DNA from: a virus | Taxonomy: Duplodnaviria; Caudoviricetes | Strand: one strand, 5' to 3' | Length of the DNA stretch: 64,000 nucleotides | Virus record (IMG/VR): IMGVR_UViG_3300021387_000299 | Location: 113,820-177,819 of that record | In this document: positions 11,646-23,047 of the stretch, one piece after another | How the letters are laid out: every line of letters starts with the position of its first letter | Position numbering within the stretch: the first letter of the stretch is position 1 | Position numbers and translations under genes: made by a program | The notes under the pieces: model-generated | What the model was told of the DNA's origin: nothing | Seen by the model: the letters and a program-made list of their open reading frames with translations, nothing else | The model's database searches: none

Positions 11646-13289
11646 CTATTTCATACTCTCTCTATTTGCAATTGTTTTGTCGGATAATTGATCATCATCC
11701 TTTTTAGGACGACCTGCTTGTTTTGATTCTCCACCTACCGCAGATCCTCCTCCTGTAGAAGTTTGCGAATTACCACTATTTGTTTTATTTTTTCTGCCCA
11801 AATTTTGAATATCTTCACTACCAATAGTAGATGACATCATAGGCGGAATCATAATTTCACTTAATCCTAAAATATCATTTTCGAAATAAGCGGTGCTCAT
11901 GATTGTATTTTGAGAGTGTCCAAGAGCAATCTGCGCAAACATCTTACCATAACCAATTTGCATTTGTTCTTTATACATTTTTGATAATTCTTTATAATTA
12001 TATTGTGTAGTATCTAATATGTAAAATCTAAAATTATATTTCTTCTTATTCTTGACTTTTCTCTGTACTATTGTATCAAATAAAATCTCAAATTGCAACT
12101 TTAAGTCCCTCATGACGCCCTCATCTTGCAAAATCGAATTGGTCTGTGCAAGATTTCCATCCGAGTTAAATATATTTTTAGATACGCCGGCCGCATTATA
12201 TACAGTACGTTCAACTCTCTCTAAATCGTCATTATCAACATTTCTTGCATCCGATAAATCAATAGAATCAATATCCGCGAATGTTGTAATAATATCTGTT
12301 CCAACAGAATGTTGTAACATCGCAACAGCATTATTATGAATATCTCTTGCTTCATCAACATCGAAAATTAAATCACCATTTTTATCTATTGGAAGTTTCT
12401 GCACAATAATTTTTAACAGATCTTGCATCTGTTTGCGGCGATCAAGATCCTGCGCGGCATCAAGATCAAGTAATGCTGGAATTACGTTAAAGAATAATGG
12501 TAGATCTCCAGCTCCACTTAAACTAAATTTAACTGCATATCCAGGATCTAATAAGTATCATGTGCCAATATCTCCTTGGAAATCTGGTTGCAATCTTCTT
12601 TCTTTATATAGCATATATCCTTTTTGGAAATCTTTAGGGAACATTTTAAGAACTCGCATTCTATAATTAATGTCCTTAAATTTTTCATCAAAATATGCCA
12701 TATTAAATTCAATAGCAGGAAGATTATTTATATAATATCTGCAACGGCAATATTCTGGAGGTAACTCTTGGAATAACACTCCATTCGTTCCTTCAATAAT
12801 ATAGCCATAGCATACTCCATATTTAAGAACCTTTAACGCAATATCACCGCATAATTTCTTAATATGAGTATTATCTAAATAATCTAAATTTTTAAAAAAT
12901 TCATTAGTAATTTTTAAACAGTCTTTTTCACTGTCCAAAACAGATTCATCATAGATTGTTGGAACGGTATACCAGTCCCAACGATACATTGTTGCATAGT
13001 AATTAACAAGTCTTTGATAAATACCGTCTATTCTATAGAAATAATCTGAAATCATTCTAATTGAATGATAATCTCTGTCTATAATGGCACGCATTACAGC
13101 ACGTTTATCAATACATCTTCGACCATCTATTTTTTTATAAAATCCTAAATCTATAATAGCATCTTCAAGAGTTTTTATACCTACTTTAATTTTCCCATAG
13201 TCAGCGGCGCCATTCATATCAAAGCCTTTATCTCTAATGGCCTCTTGTCTATCCTTGTTTTCCAAAAGCTCCACCTCCTTAGCTTCCAT
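11646..13289 (-). CDS. Portal protein (TGA 12558-12560 = Trp)
   Basis: Two ORFs in one frame joined by GDIGT[W]YLLDP; about 547 codons; between terminase and protease. Confidence 0.8.
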
Positions 13290-13638
13290 ATGCTTTATTA
13301 ATTATGTAATCGTAACTAATAAGATTTTCGTCAGTATATGGAATTTCTATTAATTTAATATCATGTAATTGACAAAATCTACGTTTTTTCGCATCATTAA
13401 ATTGCTGCTGATAAAATCCTTTTTTTCCACCAAATTTACTACTTGGTTCATAATGTTGTCTGCCTTGATATTCAATTAAAAAATCTATATTACCGTCATC
13501 ATCAAAGACCGCAAAATCAAAACGAAGAGGTCTACCATTTGAACTATTTAATCCTTCAAATGATAATTCCATCTTAAAATTTAATCCCGCTTCTTTTAAA
13601 ATTTCTTCTATTTTAATTTCTCCTCTACTTGCTCTCAT
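13279..13638 (-). CDS. PD-(D/E)XK / Vsr-like endonuclease
   Basis: Motifs LRFDFAV, LIEYQGRQHY, D..KRRFC..HDIKLIEIPY. Confidence 0.75.
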   Translation of the reverse strand: MRASRGEIKIEEILKEAGLNFKMELSFEGLNSSNGRPLRFDFAVFDDDGNIDFLIEYQGRQHYEPSSKFGGKKGFYQQQFNDAKKRRFCQLHDIKLIEIPYTDENLISYDYIINKAYGS

Positions 13639-13648
13639 ATTAATTCTC

Positions 13649-15433
13649 CTATCCTATATGTGAACTAAATCGTCATTCAGCAGCATTAAATTTCTTTTTC
13701 TTTTTTCGTTTACTGTCTTCAACTTGTTTTATATAATATAATCCATATTCAAATGCTGAAAATTTATCTTTCTTAATTCCACGATTAGCTTGTTTTAAAA
13801 TAATATTAACACCTTCATTTTCTTCACGAAGATTTAACATCTCTTCTTTTAATATAGAAGTTAATGTATATGGTTTTAAGTAATCTGCCCTTTCTTCTGG
13901 AGTCATTTGTTTTCCTTTAGATGTTCCTAATAATTTTGTTTTAGCAATTCTTTCATCAATTAAAAATTTAATTCGTCCAGAAATAAGTTGCGTTTGAACA
14001 TTAGAATGTGCTTCAGTATTGATAGGTGCATTTGCTTTCATTAAATACATTGCATCTTGTTCTGTGCGAGGTGTTCTAAATTTTTTATATTGTTGTTCAA
14101 TATCTGGGGTAGTTCCACCAATAACGCCAAAATCTGGATATTCATCTCCAGTAATAGGGTCAACTTGTGATTTGACCATAAAGTCTATTAAACCACTACC
14201 AAGACCATTAGCGTCAATTACAATACGTCTAGCTTTATATTTATAGAATAGACGCTTTGCTCAAATTGCTTGGTCTTCAAAATGCATATCACTTAGAATA
14301 TACAAATTAACCAAAGATTTAATAGATACATCGCCATAGTTTTGCGGAATTACTTTAAATACAGTGATTACACTATCGCATCCATCTTTACCAGAGCTTT
14401 GGCGCGCAACGTCCATTGATAAGATGTAATAACTTTGTGAGCTTGATCGACCGGAATATTCATATTCTGGTTTTTGTAATGCTCTATTTCTATCAAAAGC
14501 TTCGCCATTAAAGAAAGCATCCGCAACAGTTCCACTTCATTTAGATTCATATTCACGCTCAAATGATGCCTCATTAAACGTACCATCTCGTTTAAGGTCT
14601 TGAATAAAGTTTTTATCCAATAGTCCGGTCAATACTGGAATACGGAATGTACCACCCATAATTATAGCTTTTTCAGGCTCGGTAATCATCCATACTAAGA
14701 ACTGAATTAGTTTATCATATGCAAAAGTATTTTTATATCCAGCAGTAGTAACAAAAATTTGAGATTTATTTAGAGTCTCTTCTGGATGCATTGTTCCATC
14801 CATACAAAGTCTTGAAACGTTCATGGTAGGAATAATAACTTCAGAAAGAATCTGTCCATCAACGCCTACGCACTCTTCTACAAGTCCGCCATGACGACGT
14901 TTACCTCTTGATTTTTCACTTGCCGCAATATTATCAAAGAATGATCCATTTTTAAACATATAACAGACATAGTCCTTACCTTCTCTTGTTCGACCAGGAC
15001 TTCTATCTAATTCACGCTCAAAAGCTGGAACTAAAGTGCAAATTTCATTAACTTTTTCTTTAACAATACCCGCTGCCTGTTCTTTACCTCCAGAAGTAAC
15101 AAACAACTTAGATCTGGGATAAAGCACGCAACGGCACATTAATACTAATACTGACAAGAATGATTTTGAATACGCACGGGGGAATACCATGTATACATAT
15201 TTATATCGCATCGCCGCACGCAAGAATACTCTTTGATAAAAAAAGAATTTTAAGCCATTTTCGGGAATTTCTCCATCTCGTCCTGTTTGCATAAAATCTA
15301 CAAACATATCGGGATATTCTCTCCAAAAGGCAATGTATTGTCTTAATGCTGGTTTAATAGCTTCAATTCTTTCTTCTGATAATCCAATCTTTCTTCTATC
15401 TTGAGAAAGATTTAATAAATCTTGTAGAGCCAT
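13649..15433 (-). CDS. terL: Terminase large subunit (TGA 14537, 14261, 13673 = Trp)
   Basis: Walker-A-like FPRAYSKSF, RGKRRHGGLVEE, VTTAG coupling motif, FEREYESK[W], nuclease motifs LSMDVAR, IDANGLG, KDKFSA in one frame. Confidence 0.9.
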
Positions 15434-15435
15434 AA

Positions 15436-16686
15436 TTATGACCTCTTTTCTCCAGATAAGTTTAAGAAAATATCTTCATTTTCTTGTCTTAAAGATTCTT
15501 CAAAATCATTAAATTCTTCAAATTCTCCATCAGTAATATATTTTAAATCATCACTAAATAAAGCATCTTCAAGAATATCTTCATCACTTGCCGCATCTGC
15601 ATCAGTTTCAGCTTCACGACGTTTATCTTCCTCAATTTGTTTAACCGCACTCTCAATAAGATTACCAATGTTGGTTTCTTCAGTAATCAATGATTTTGTA
15701 TAGCCTTGAAGATCTTGAAGCACTCGATCAACTTTATCTTTTGGTGAATCTATATAATATCTTGGAATAAATCCATCTTTTTCGCACATCATAACTAATT
15801 CAGAAATTGAATCAACAATTTCACCATTTTCTGCTTTATTCTGAGCAGCAGTAAATTTACCACTCTTCATTAAGCTATCATACATTTTTTGCATTTTTTG
15901 TGCGCCATCGACATCACCAAGATCAATAAGCTGATCAAGTTTTAGTGAAGTCTTTGCCAATTTTTTTAGAGTGTCTTTATGTCCAGCTGTTTGAATGTCA
16001 TAAGATTCCATAAAATCGTTATAGTATTGCTCTAATTGAACCCATTCCTCTGGTTTATAAGATTTTCCTCATTTAAGTTTTAAATAAGTTACATCTTCAT
16101 CAGTTAAGCCAAGTTCATCCGCAGATTTAGAAGGTTCTTGGGAAAATTCTATTGTCGAAAAGGTATCTGCGCTTTCAGCTTGTTCAGGCTCTTCCGCATA
16201 TACTATTTCTTCAAGACTCTTTTCCTCTTCTGGAATTATATTTTTTTGTTCTTCAATAGCTAAGGTAATTTCTTGAATATCTTTACCTTGACGCTCCATG
16301 CTTTCGCGCAAACGCTTTTCTGCAAGTTCTTGTAAAAATTCAGTATCTTTCCAACGATATTGTTTATATTGGTTTAACTTCATTTTAGATAGATATCTAC
16401 CTAAAATAGTCATACCAGTTACTTTACGTTTATCTTGTCCATATTTTGCTAAAAGTTTATTTCACTCTTCTGGAATATATGGAACATCTACTTCTTTTAG
16501 AATCGGCGTAAAAGTAGAAGCATCTCAATTATCGACATGCATTGTCAAACATTTTTTACAAATAGGAATAGTTCCGCCATCTGGATATTTTTCTAAATTA
16601 TTTGATTGATAAAATTCTCCACGTTTTAGTGTTCTATGACATTTTTCACAATATATTAAATCATTTTTATTTGCTGCTGTCGCCAT
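15436..16686 (-). CDS. Probable terminase small subunit with N-terminal Zn-finger (TGA 16525, 16462, 16069 = Trp)
   Basis: CEKC..CKKC; HVDN[W]D, VPYIPEE[W]NKL, YLKLK[W]GKSY; directly upstream of terL. Confidence 0.7.
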
Positions 16687-16728
16687 AAACTACCTCCTTT
16701 ATTTATTTTAATATCCACCTGCCGCAAA

Positions 16729-17781
16729 TTATTGTTTTTTGCCCTTTTTATTGCGGCATTCTTTACAAATACTATAGTAACCATCTTTGCTAGTTTTATT
16801 TTTACTAAAATATTTATTATGAGCTAATTTAATTTGACCGCATCGAGAACATTTCTTATATGTTCCTTTTTCCTCGTTTAAATAATATCAATTTAAAAAA
16901 TCATCCTCTGCCGCTGAAGCTATCAGATTGGGAATCTTTTTTCGCCATAAAGATGAAATATATTCAAGGCTATGACGAATGCCAAATTCCTCTTGAATAA
17001 TATCTCGTATTTCCGCATTTTGTAAGCCATCTATTTTGCATTCAACGATTCGATAATATAAAGGATGATCTTTAAGTGCCGCCGCACTTATTTTATCGAA
17101 CTCCTCCATGAGGTATCACGTATCACTAAAGAAATCACCCCATGAACGCTCTTTTAATTTTGAGTAATTACATAAAATGATAGAGCAGATATTCGGATCC
17201 ATTAGCGACACTCCAGAAGGAACAGGATATCCATCCTCATCCCAAGAGATCTCTTCTGGTAATGTTGTGTAATGTTCTGAATGAACTAGATGCATGGCCT
17301 GTACGGGAGGTTTATATGCTTGTTTTATTACATATTGATCTTTGCGGGTTTCTATTAAAGCCTTCTTGGCGATATATGTATCTCGTCCTTCCGACTGCCG
17401 CACGATCTTATCCCATGCTGCGATTGCGCCATCTGTTTGTGCTAATTCTGGTATATCTTCTCTATCTTTTTTAGTTATTGAAATCTTAGGTTGCATTATT
17501 ATATGTTTATTATCTGTAGTTATATTATAGACGCCATCTTCGCCATTTTCAAATTGGGAAACCAAGCCTTCATAAGAGGTTTCTCTCTTATTCACTGTAG
17601 CCAAACGGTTTTCGGTAAGAATTTTTTTCTCCTTTTTCTCTTCTTTCTCCATACAAAAGACTAGATAGTCAGCTAGAATTTCAAGATAACTAGGGTCAGG
17701 ATTAGGATTTTCCTCTAGTATTTTGTTAACTACTTCTAATCTTTCTTGGGGAGAGTCTAAACTATAATCTAATTTAGTCAC
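16729..17781 (-). CDS. HTH plus C-terminal Zn-finger protein, candidate late-transcription regulator (TGA 17116, 16888 = Trp)
   Basis: Sigma-region-4-like GLQNAEIRDIIQEEFGIRHSLEYISSLW; CSRC..CKEC appears only after read-through. Confidence 0.65.
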
Positions 17782-17816
17782 TAATTCTTCCTCCGAAAGT
17801 TTCCTTTACAATTGTA

Positions 17817-17846
17817 ATTATACCAGAAATTTTCTATAGTTGTCAA
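17817..17846 (-). promoter_or_regulatory. Sigma-A-type promoter upstream of the morphogenesis operon
   Basis: TTGACA-N18-TATAAT with extended -10 TG on the minus strand. Confidence 0.65.
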
Positions 17847-18056
17847 ATAAATAATTTTTTGATATAATATTTTATATAAAGAAAGGGATAATATTATGGA
17901 TAATTTTAATGAAATCATGGCACTTATTTGTATGGTTACTGCTATGATTATGCTATGTTGTAAACAAGCACAATATGCAACTTATTTTATAGCATTGGCA
18001 GTATATTATAAAGTAGATTCACTAAAACAGAAGCAATAAAAGGAGAAAATTTATTT

Positions 18057-18335
18057 ATGTTAATGACAATTTATTGGTATGGCGTATTAGCTTATATTAT
18101 TGGAGTTATTTTAGTTTGTGTTAGAATAATTTATGATGAAAGATGGAGAAATTTTTTAGCTACCTATACAGGTGATGGTGGTGAAAATCTTAATGTTATA
18201 AAAGTAATTGTGTCAGGAATGATCCCTATTCTTCATTGGCTTTATGCAATTGGGTTCATTTGGATTTTCTTAAATGATAATGAATGGAATGAAATTTCAG
18301 ATAAGATTATAGGACAGGATAATAATGAACGATAA
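18057..18335 (+). CDS. Small membrane protein
   Basis: Two hydrophobic segments; AAGGAG RBS. Confidence 0.7.
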   Translation: MLMTIYWYGVLAYIIGVILVCVRIIYDERWRNFLATYTGDGGENLNVIKVIVSGMIPILHWLYAIGFIWIFLNDNEWNEISDKIIGQDNNER

Positions 18336-18855
18336 AGTAAAAGTTTTTATAAAAAATTGGAAAGATGAGTTGCGGTCCCAGGTTCAACCGATCGTTAAAG
18401 CGGGCAAGCGCAAACCAACTATTACGATTATTAGAATTGGGGATACGCCAGATAGTGGAATGGTAGAGGTTGCTAAAGATATTGGATTCATTGGAGATCT
18501 TTATCAAATTCCAATAGATAGTGGAATTACGCAAGAAGATTTAATGAATTTAGTTTTGCAATGCGATACCGATGAGGTTTATGTAGAGGAACCGTTGCCG
18601 GACGGTTTTAGTAATCCGGTATTTACTGGAGAGTATGTAAAAGAAGGAATTCTTATTTTCCTAAAATCCCTAAATATAGACCCCTCTGTCAGTAAAGTGA
18701 TAATTGGATTTCAAATTTTAGCTGCGGCCGAGGGGTATGAGGTGCAGATAGGAGAAGAGGTTTTAAGCGGAGAAGATGTTAAGCTGTTGGAACAAATGGC
18801 GGTGTTAGAGAGCGGAATTAAATATTGGCAAGAGAGCGAGAACGAGAGCAAGTAA
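18325..18855 (+). CDS. Degenerate FolD-like protein
   Basis: RKPTITIIRIGDTPDS, ITQEDL, VEEPLP, EGILIFLKSLNID are collinear with FolD motifs; catalytic YxxxK and GRS motifs not seen. Confidence 0.5.
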   Translation: MNDKVKVFIKNWKDELRSQVQPIVKAGKRKPTITIIRIGDTPDSGMVEVAKDIGFIGDLYQIPIDSGITQEDLMNLVLQCDTDEVYVEEPLPDGFSNPVFTGEYVKEGILIFLKSLNIDPSVSKVIIGFQILAAAEGYEVQIGEEVLSGEDVKLLEQMAVLESGIKYWQESENESK

Positions 18856-19195
18856 TTGCTCTTTTTTTTTCGTGTTTGGGATGGAAAAGAGTTTTAGTGG
18901 GAGGGATGGGGAGGCATAATCGCTGAGTTAGTTCAAACTAACTAACTTCCCAAAAACCAGCCCCCGTCTATATTTTTCGATTGATAAAAATTTCACAAGT
19001 ACGCCTATAGGCTCTCCCGCTGATCATGAACAAACGGAACAATCAACCGCGCCCGCCTCCCGCAAAATTTTACAAAATACAGGAAATGTAAAAGTTGCAA
19101 AAAAATTCAATTTGGGGCTTGCAATGGTCAAAGAAATGAGTATCATAATAGATGTAAGCACAAAAGGTGCTTAGAACAAAAAGGAGACAAAGAAA

Positions 19196-19420
19196 ATGAA
19201 AAACAATGAAACACTTTACACACTGACAGTTTTCTATCGTGATGAATCCACCTATACATCAAATGTATCCTATCGCACGCATGCCTATCAGTTTACTAGC
19301 TTGCACGGCCTCCATTCTGCTATGGATTGCGCAATGAGTACCGCAAGAGACTTAACTAGTCAGTATACAAAAGAGCGTGTCTATAACATGCGTGTTCGTA
19401 AGACTGTCATTTTCCGCTAA
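19196..19420 (+). CDS. Early hypothetical protein
   Basis: Own promoter and AAGGAG RBS. Confidence 0.75.
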   Translation: MKNNETLYTLTVFYRDESTYTSNVSYRTHAYQFTSLHGLHSAMDCAMSTARDLTSQYTKERVYNMRVRKTVIFR

Positions 19421-19447
19421 AACTGAAAACATTGTGAAACATCACAA

Positions 19448-19498
19448 TGTTTCACGTGAAACAATCAGTAAAACGCATTGATTGTTTCACGTGAAACA
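19448..19498. promoter_or_regulatory. parS: Two perfect parS sites (TGTTTCACGTGAAACA at 19448-19463 and 19483-19498)
   Basis: Exact match to the Firmicute Spo0J/ParB consensus TGTTNCACGTGAAACA; intergenic if the next gene starts at ATG 19532. Confidence 0.9.
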
Positions 19499-19531
19499 AT
19501 GCGATACACAAAAAGAAGGGAAGGTAAACAC

Positions 19532-19978
19532 ATGAAACATTACAGCATGACCAAAGCTATGACATTGTATCACATTAACAACTACGCAACATCCTACACG
19601 ATAGGTTTTGTCTACGATAGCAGAGTGTATGCTATCTCATTGACCAAAGTACCTAACAGGTGGCTGTATTGGATGTATAACGGTAGTCAGTGGGTTGTGC
19701 GCATGCGCATTGCACAAGCCGAAAAGATTAAGCTTATTAAAAAGGCGGGCTGTATCTGTTTAGGCAATGAAGCGGAGTTATTCAGCAAAGAATCTATCTA
19801 CAACAAAGGCGATCAGTTTGAGGGCATCATCTACGAAGCTATGACAGGCAAAACATGGCACAAAGATTCAACGCCATGGTGGAATGGTGCAGACATTGAG
19901 ACAGCAGGTGCTAGAGTGCAGGTAAAGTTTAACGGTGCAACTGTTGTCAAGATGAATCAGTTGATCAAATACGCATGA
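19532..19978 (+). CDS. Early protein, possibly PD-(D/E)XK-like; ends in TGA
   Basis: NKGDQFE..GADI..VQVK motif; GAAGG RBS. Confidence 0.65.
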   Translation: MKHYSMTKAMTLYHINNYATSYTIGFVYDSRVYAISLTKVPNRWLYWMYNGSQWVVRMRIAQAEKIKLIKKAGCICLGNEAELFSKESIYNKGDQFEGIIYEAMTGKTWHKDSTPWWNGADIETAGARVQVKFNGATVVKMNQLIKYA

Positions 19979-20039
19979 CTCACACGGTGAAGCGATAACA
20001 CCATAACAACACTAATCTATTGAAAAGGAGAAAAATATC

Positions 20040-20219
20040 ATGAAAAGAATCATCACTGTATCAGAACTGAAAAGACAGCTTGAAGAGTTTGAAAAGATGG
20101 GTTGGGGCGATGCTGTCGTATGGTATCGTGACGAGCAGAGCATGGATTACCAGCTTGAAGAAGGCGTATGGGATTGTGACGATGATCCCAAGTATGGCAA
20201 AGCCATTGCATTAGCGTAA
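20040..20219 (+). CDS. Small acidic early protein (not in ORF track)
   Basis: AAGGAG RBS; 59-aa MKRIITVSELKRQLEEFEKMG... Confidence 0.7.
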   Translation: MKRIITVSELKRQLEEFEKMGWGDAVVWYRDEQSMDYQLEEGVWDCDDDPKYGKAIALA

Positions 20220-20282
20220 AGCTTAACTAGTGAAGCGATAACACTTAAAACACTAACTTATTATGAAAGAGAGGAAAATATC

Positions 20283-20666
20283 ATGGAAAAAAACGCTGTA
20301 AACATCACTATTAAGAGCACAAAAGTAGGAGTCAGAGGACTTTACAAACTCAAGAAGGCTATTAAATCAGATTTTGAAGCTTTCACTTCACTGTCCCCGA
20401 TTAACTGCACAACTGAATGGAATAACTACTATGTTATCTGTCATGTCAACAACCTCTTTGACTTCTCTGACATCTATGATGATGAGACAGCTAACGAAAG
20501 GCTTGAGTCTGAAAGAGTCGCAGAATACACTCTTGAAAGATATTATGGGGATATGGTTGTCTGTATCACTCTTACTCTTGGATACTCACACAATGAATTG
20601 ATTATTACAAATCTCAATGTTGATACTGTGATGTATGCCGGAAGCCACATGCTCACATTAGATTAA
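20283..20666 (+). CDS. Early hypothetical protein
   Basis: GAGG RBS; 127 aa. Confidence 0.75.
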   Translation: MEKNAVNITIKSTKVGVRGLYKLKKAIKSDFEAFTSLSPINCTTEWNNYYVICHVNNLFDFSDIYDDETANERLESERVAEYTLERYYGDMVVCITLTLGYSHNELIITNLNVDTVMYAGSHMLTLD

Positions 20667-21292
20667 CACTTCAAGGTGAAGCGATAACACCTAAAACACT
20701 ATTTTAATTTACTATAAAACAAATAGAAAAACTAAACGGGGAAAAACATAAATCAAATTTATATTTTTTAATACTCAAAATAAAATTAAAAATTGAGTTT
20801 TAAATCCTAAAATAAAAGTCAGATCCTAAAATCTAGGCTTTCTATATGCGGCCCCGCGCGCCGGCCGCGGGCGTGGACCAGCCGGGCGGCGCGATTTTAA
20901 AAGCTTTATCGCGATCGCAAATTTTCGGATGGGAAGCTGGCTTGCCCTCTTGGCGCCAAAAGTTCCCAAAAGTGAAAATTAGGATGAAAATCCCTTTCTT
21001 TAATGCTTTAACGTATTAAAGCGTTAGGGCGCCGAGTTAGTTCAGACTAACTAACTCTCCGGCAAAATAGTTGGATTTCCAACTATTTTTTTTTACATTA
21101 GTCTGCCGAGTTAGTTTAGGCTAACTAACCATAAATGGTTGGATCTCCAACCATTTATTTTAGTTTCATTTCCAACTATGTTCCAGGAGGCGCATTTGTG
21201 AAAAAATTAGCAAACATTTTTTTACAAATGGGTATTGACAAATAGCAGTGTATCCGTTATACTATAGTTGTAAGTTAAGAGGAGGACAACCC

Positions 21293-21601
21293 ATGATCAA
21301 CATTCGCACACTCAAAGGACTCAAAGACAACGACGGTTTAACTTTGAAAAATGGAAAAAGAATCACTTACAAAAGCGGTTATCAGGTCGCTACAGAAGGC
21401 ATTGAAACAACCGATGTAAGAGAAGCCATGAATTGGATCAAAATCAATGGCGGCAACTGCGGAGTATGGTTCGCAAATGGTATCTACTACATTGACAAGA
21501 GTCACAGAGAATCAACCAAAAGAAAAGCTCTTGAAATTGGTAGAGCTTGCAAACAGATTTCAATTCTGAAATGGTCTGACATGAGTCTGATCTACTGCTG
21601 A
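21293..21601 (+). CDS. Early hypothetical protein; TGA stop inside terminator hairpin
   Basis: GAGGAGG RBS; ACTGCTGAAAAGCAGT followed by T-run. Confidence 0.75.
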   Translation: MINIRTLKGLKDNDGLTLKNGKRITYKSGYQVATEGIETTDVREAMNWIKINGGNCGVWFANGIYYIDKSHRESTKRKALEIGRACKQISILKWSDMSLIYC

Positions 21602-23047
21602 AAAGCAGTTTTTTATTTGCGGCGGGGAAGTTTGTGAATGTTTTAACTTTCACAAGCAAGTACGGGCAGTTAGTTTAGACTAACTAACTCGTGCGCTTTT
21701 CAATTTGAAATCATAGATCGTTCCATTTGTCAAGAGAAAAATTTTTTTATTTTTGGTATTGACTTGATCCCGAAATGTGCTATAATAATAATGTAAAAAG
21801 AAAAAGGAGAAAAAATTATGTTCGTATTAATTTCAACAAATGGAAAAATTATGGGTACTTCTGAGGATGCGGAAACTGTTAAACTGGCTTATCTCATGTA
21901 TAAGAAATTGTATCCTCTTAGTGATTTCAAAATTGTGAAAGCTTCCACTCTTAATAAAAAGGGAATCATTAAATTCTTAACAGAAAATATTGAAATTAAT
22001 TAAAAAAGAGGGTTGACAAACCCTTTTTTCGTGTTATAATATAAGTGTAAAAAGAAAAGAGGTAAACAAAATGATGAAAGTTAACAACCTGCCGGAATAC
22101 GCTAAAACAAAAAAGTACATCGTCGCAAGACGCGTGGATGGAGAACTTTGGTTCTGGGGCGCGTGGAACGATAGAGACGCCGCTAATGAAGCCGCTTTAG
22201 AGGAAGGCGGAATCACAATCACAAATGATCTTCTGAAAAATGAATGATCATTTTTTTTATTTCATTTCATTTTCATTTGGGTTTCATTTCATTTTCGTTT
22301 GAGTTTGTGAAAATTAAAACTTTCACAAGTTTAAACGGCGCGGAGTTAGTTTAGACTAACTAACTGGGAGTTAGTCTCCGCTAACGACCCAAAATTATAG
22401 CAGAACTGGCGCCAGAAGTCAAGCGAAAAATTGATCAATTTTTTTAAAAAAATTTCATTTTCCCTATTGACAACAGAAATAAAAGTAGTTATAATAAAAG
22501 TGTAAAAAGAAAGAGGTAAAAAAAATGTTATTAAACAATTTTGACGGAATGGTTACAAAAGTAGATGATGAGCATTACATGATCTCTGATGAATTTTTTG
22601 AAAAAAATAAAAAATGGGCTGGTGATAAAGAAGTCCTGTATGTCCATGAGTTCTTCTATGATGAAGAAATTGAAGATTGGTTCTCTGCTCAGCTTTATAG
22701 AAAAGATAAAAATTTATATTATCTTGAAGAATTGTTCTAAAAATACAAAAGTGGGGGTTGACAAAACCCCCGCTGATACTGTATAATCTAAGAGAAGATG
22801 AGGAGGGAATGACAATGACAATCTTCTATGTATACTACAATAACACTGCTGAAATGTTTGAGGATTTCTACGAAGCCGAAGCATTCGCTGAAAAAGTTGA
22901 CGGGATCCTGTCAGACGCATGGGGTGAACCGATCTGCTGATCGGTTTTTTTATTTTGATAAAAAAGATGAATAAGTTGTGCATCTTTTTGTTGCATTATT
23001 AGAATTTTGAGCGTATAATGATAGTAGAAATAAGGGAGGAACACAAG

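Larger units (their letters stand above)
19986..20701 (+). repeat. Three intergenic copies of RGTGAAGCGATAACACY..AACACTA (19986, 20229, 20675)
   Basis: Each lies about 8-10 nt after a stop codon; stems covary (GGTG/CACC, AGTG/CACT). Confidence 0.85.

Noticed and set aside
1-17781. Split structural ORFs as pseudogenes or sequencing errors
   Set aside because: Every break traced is an in-frame TGA, with no frameshifts or TAA/TAG breaks, and many sit at Trp-type motif positions.
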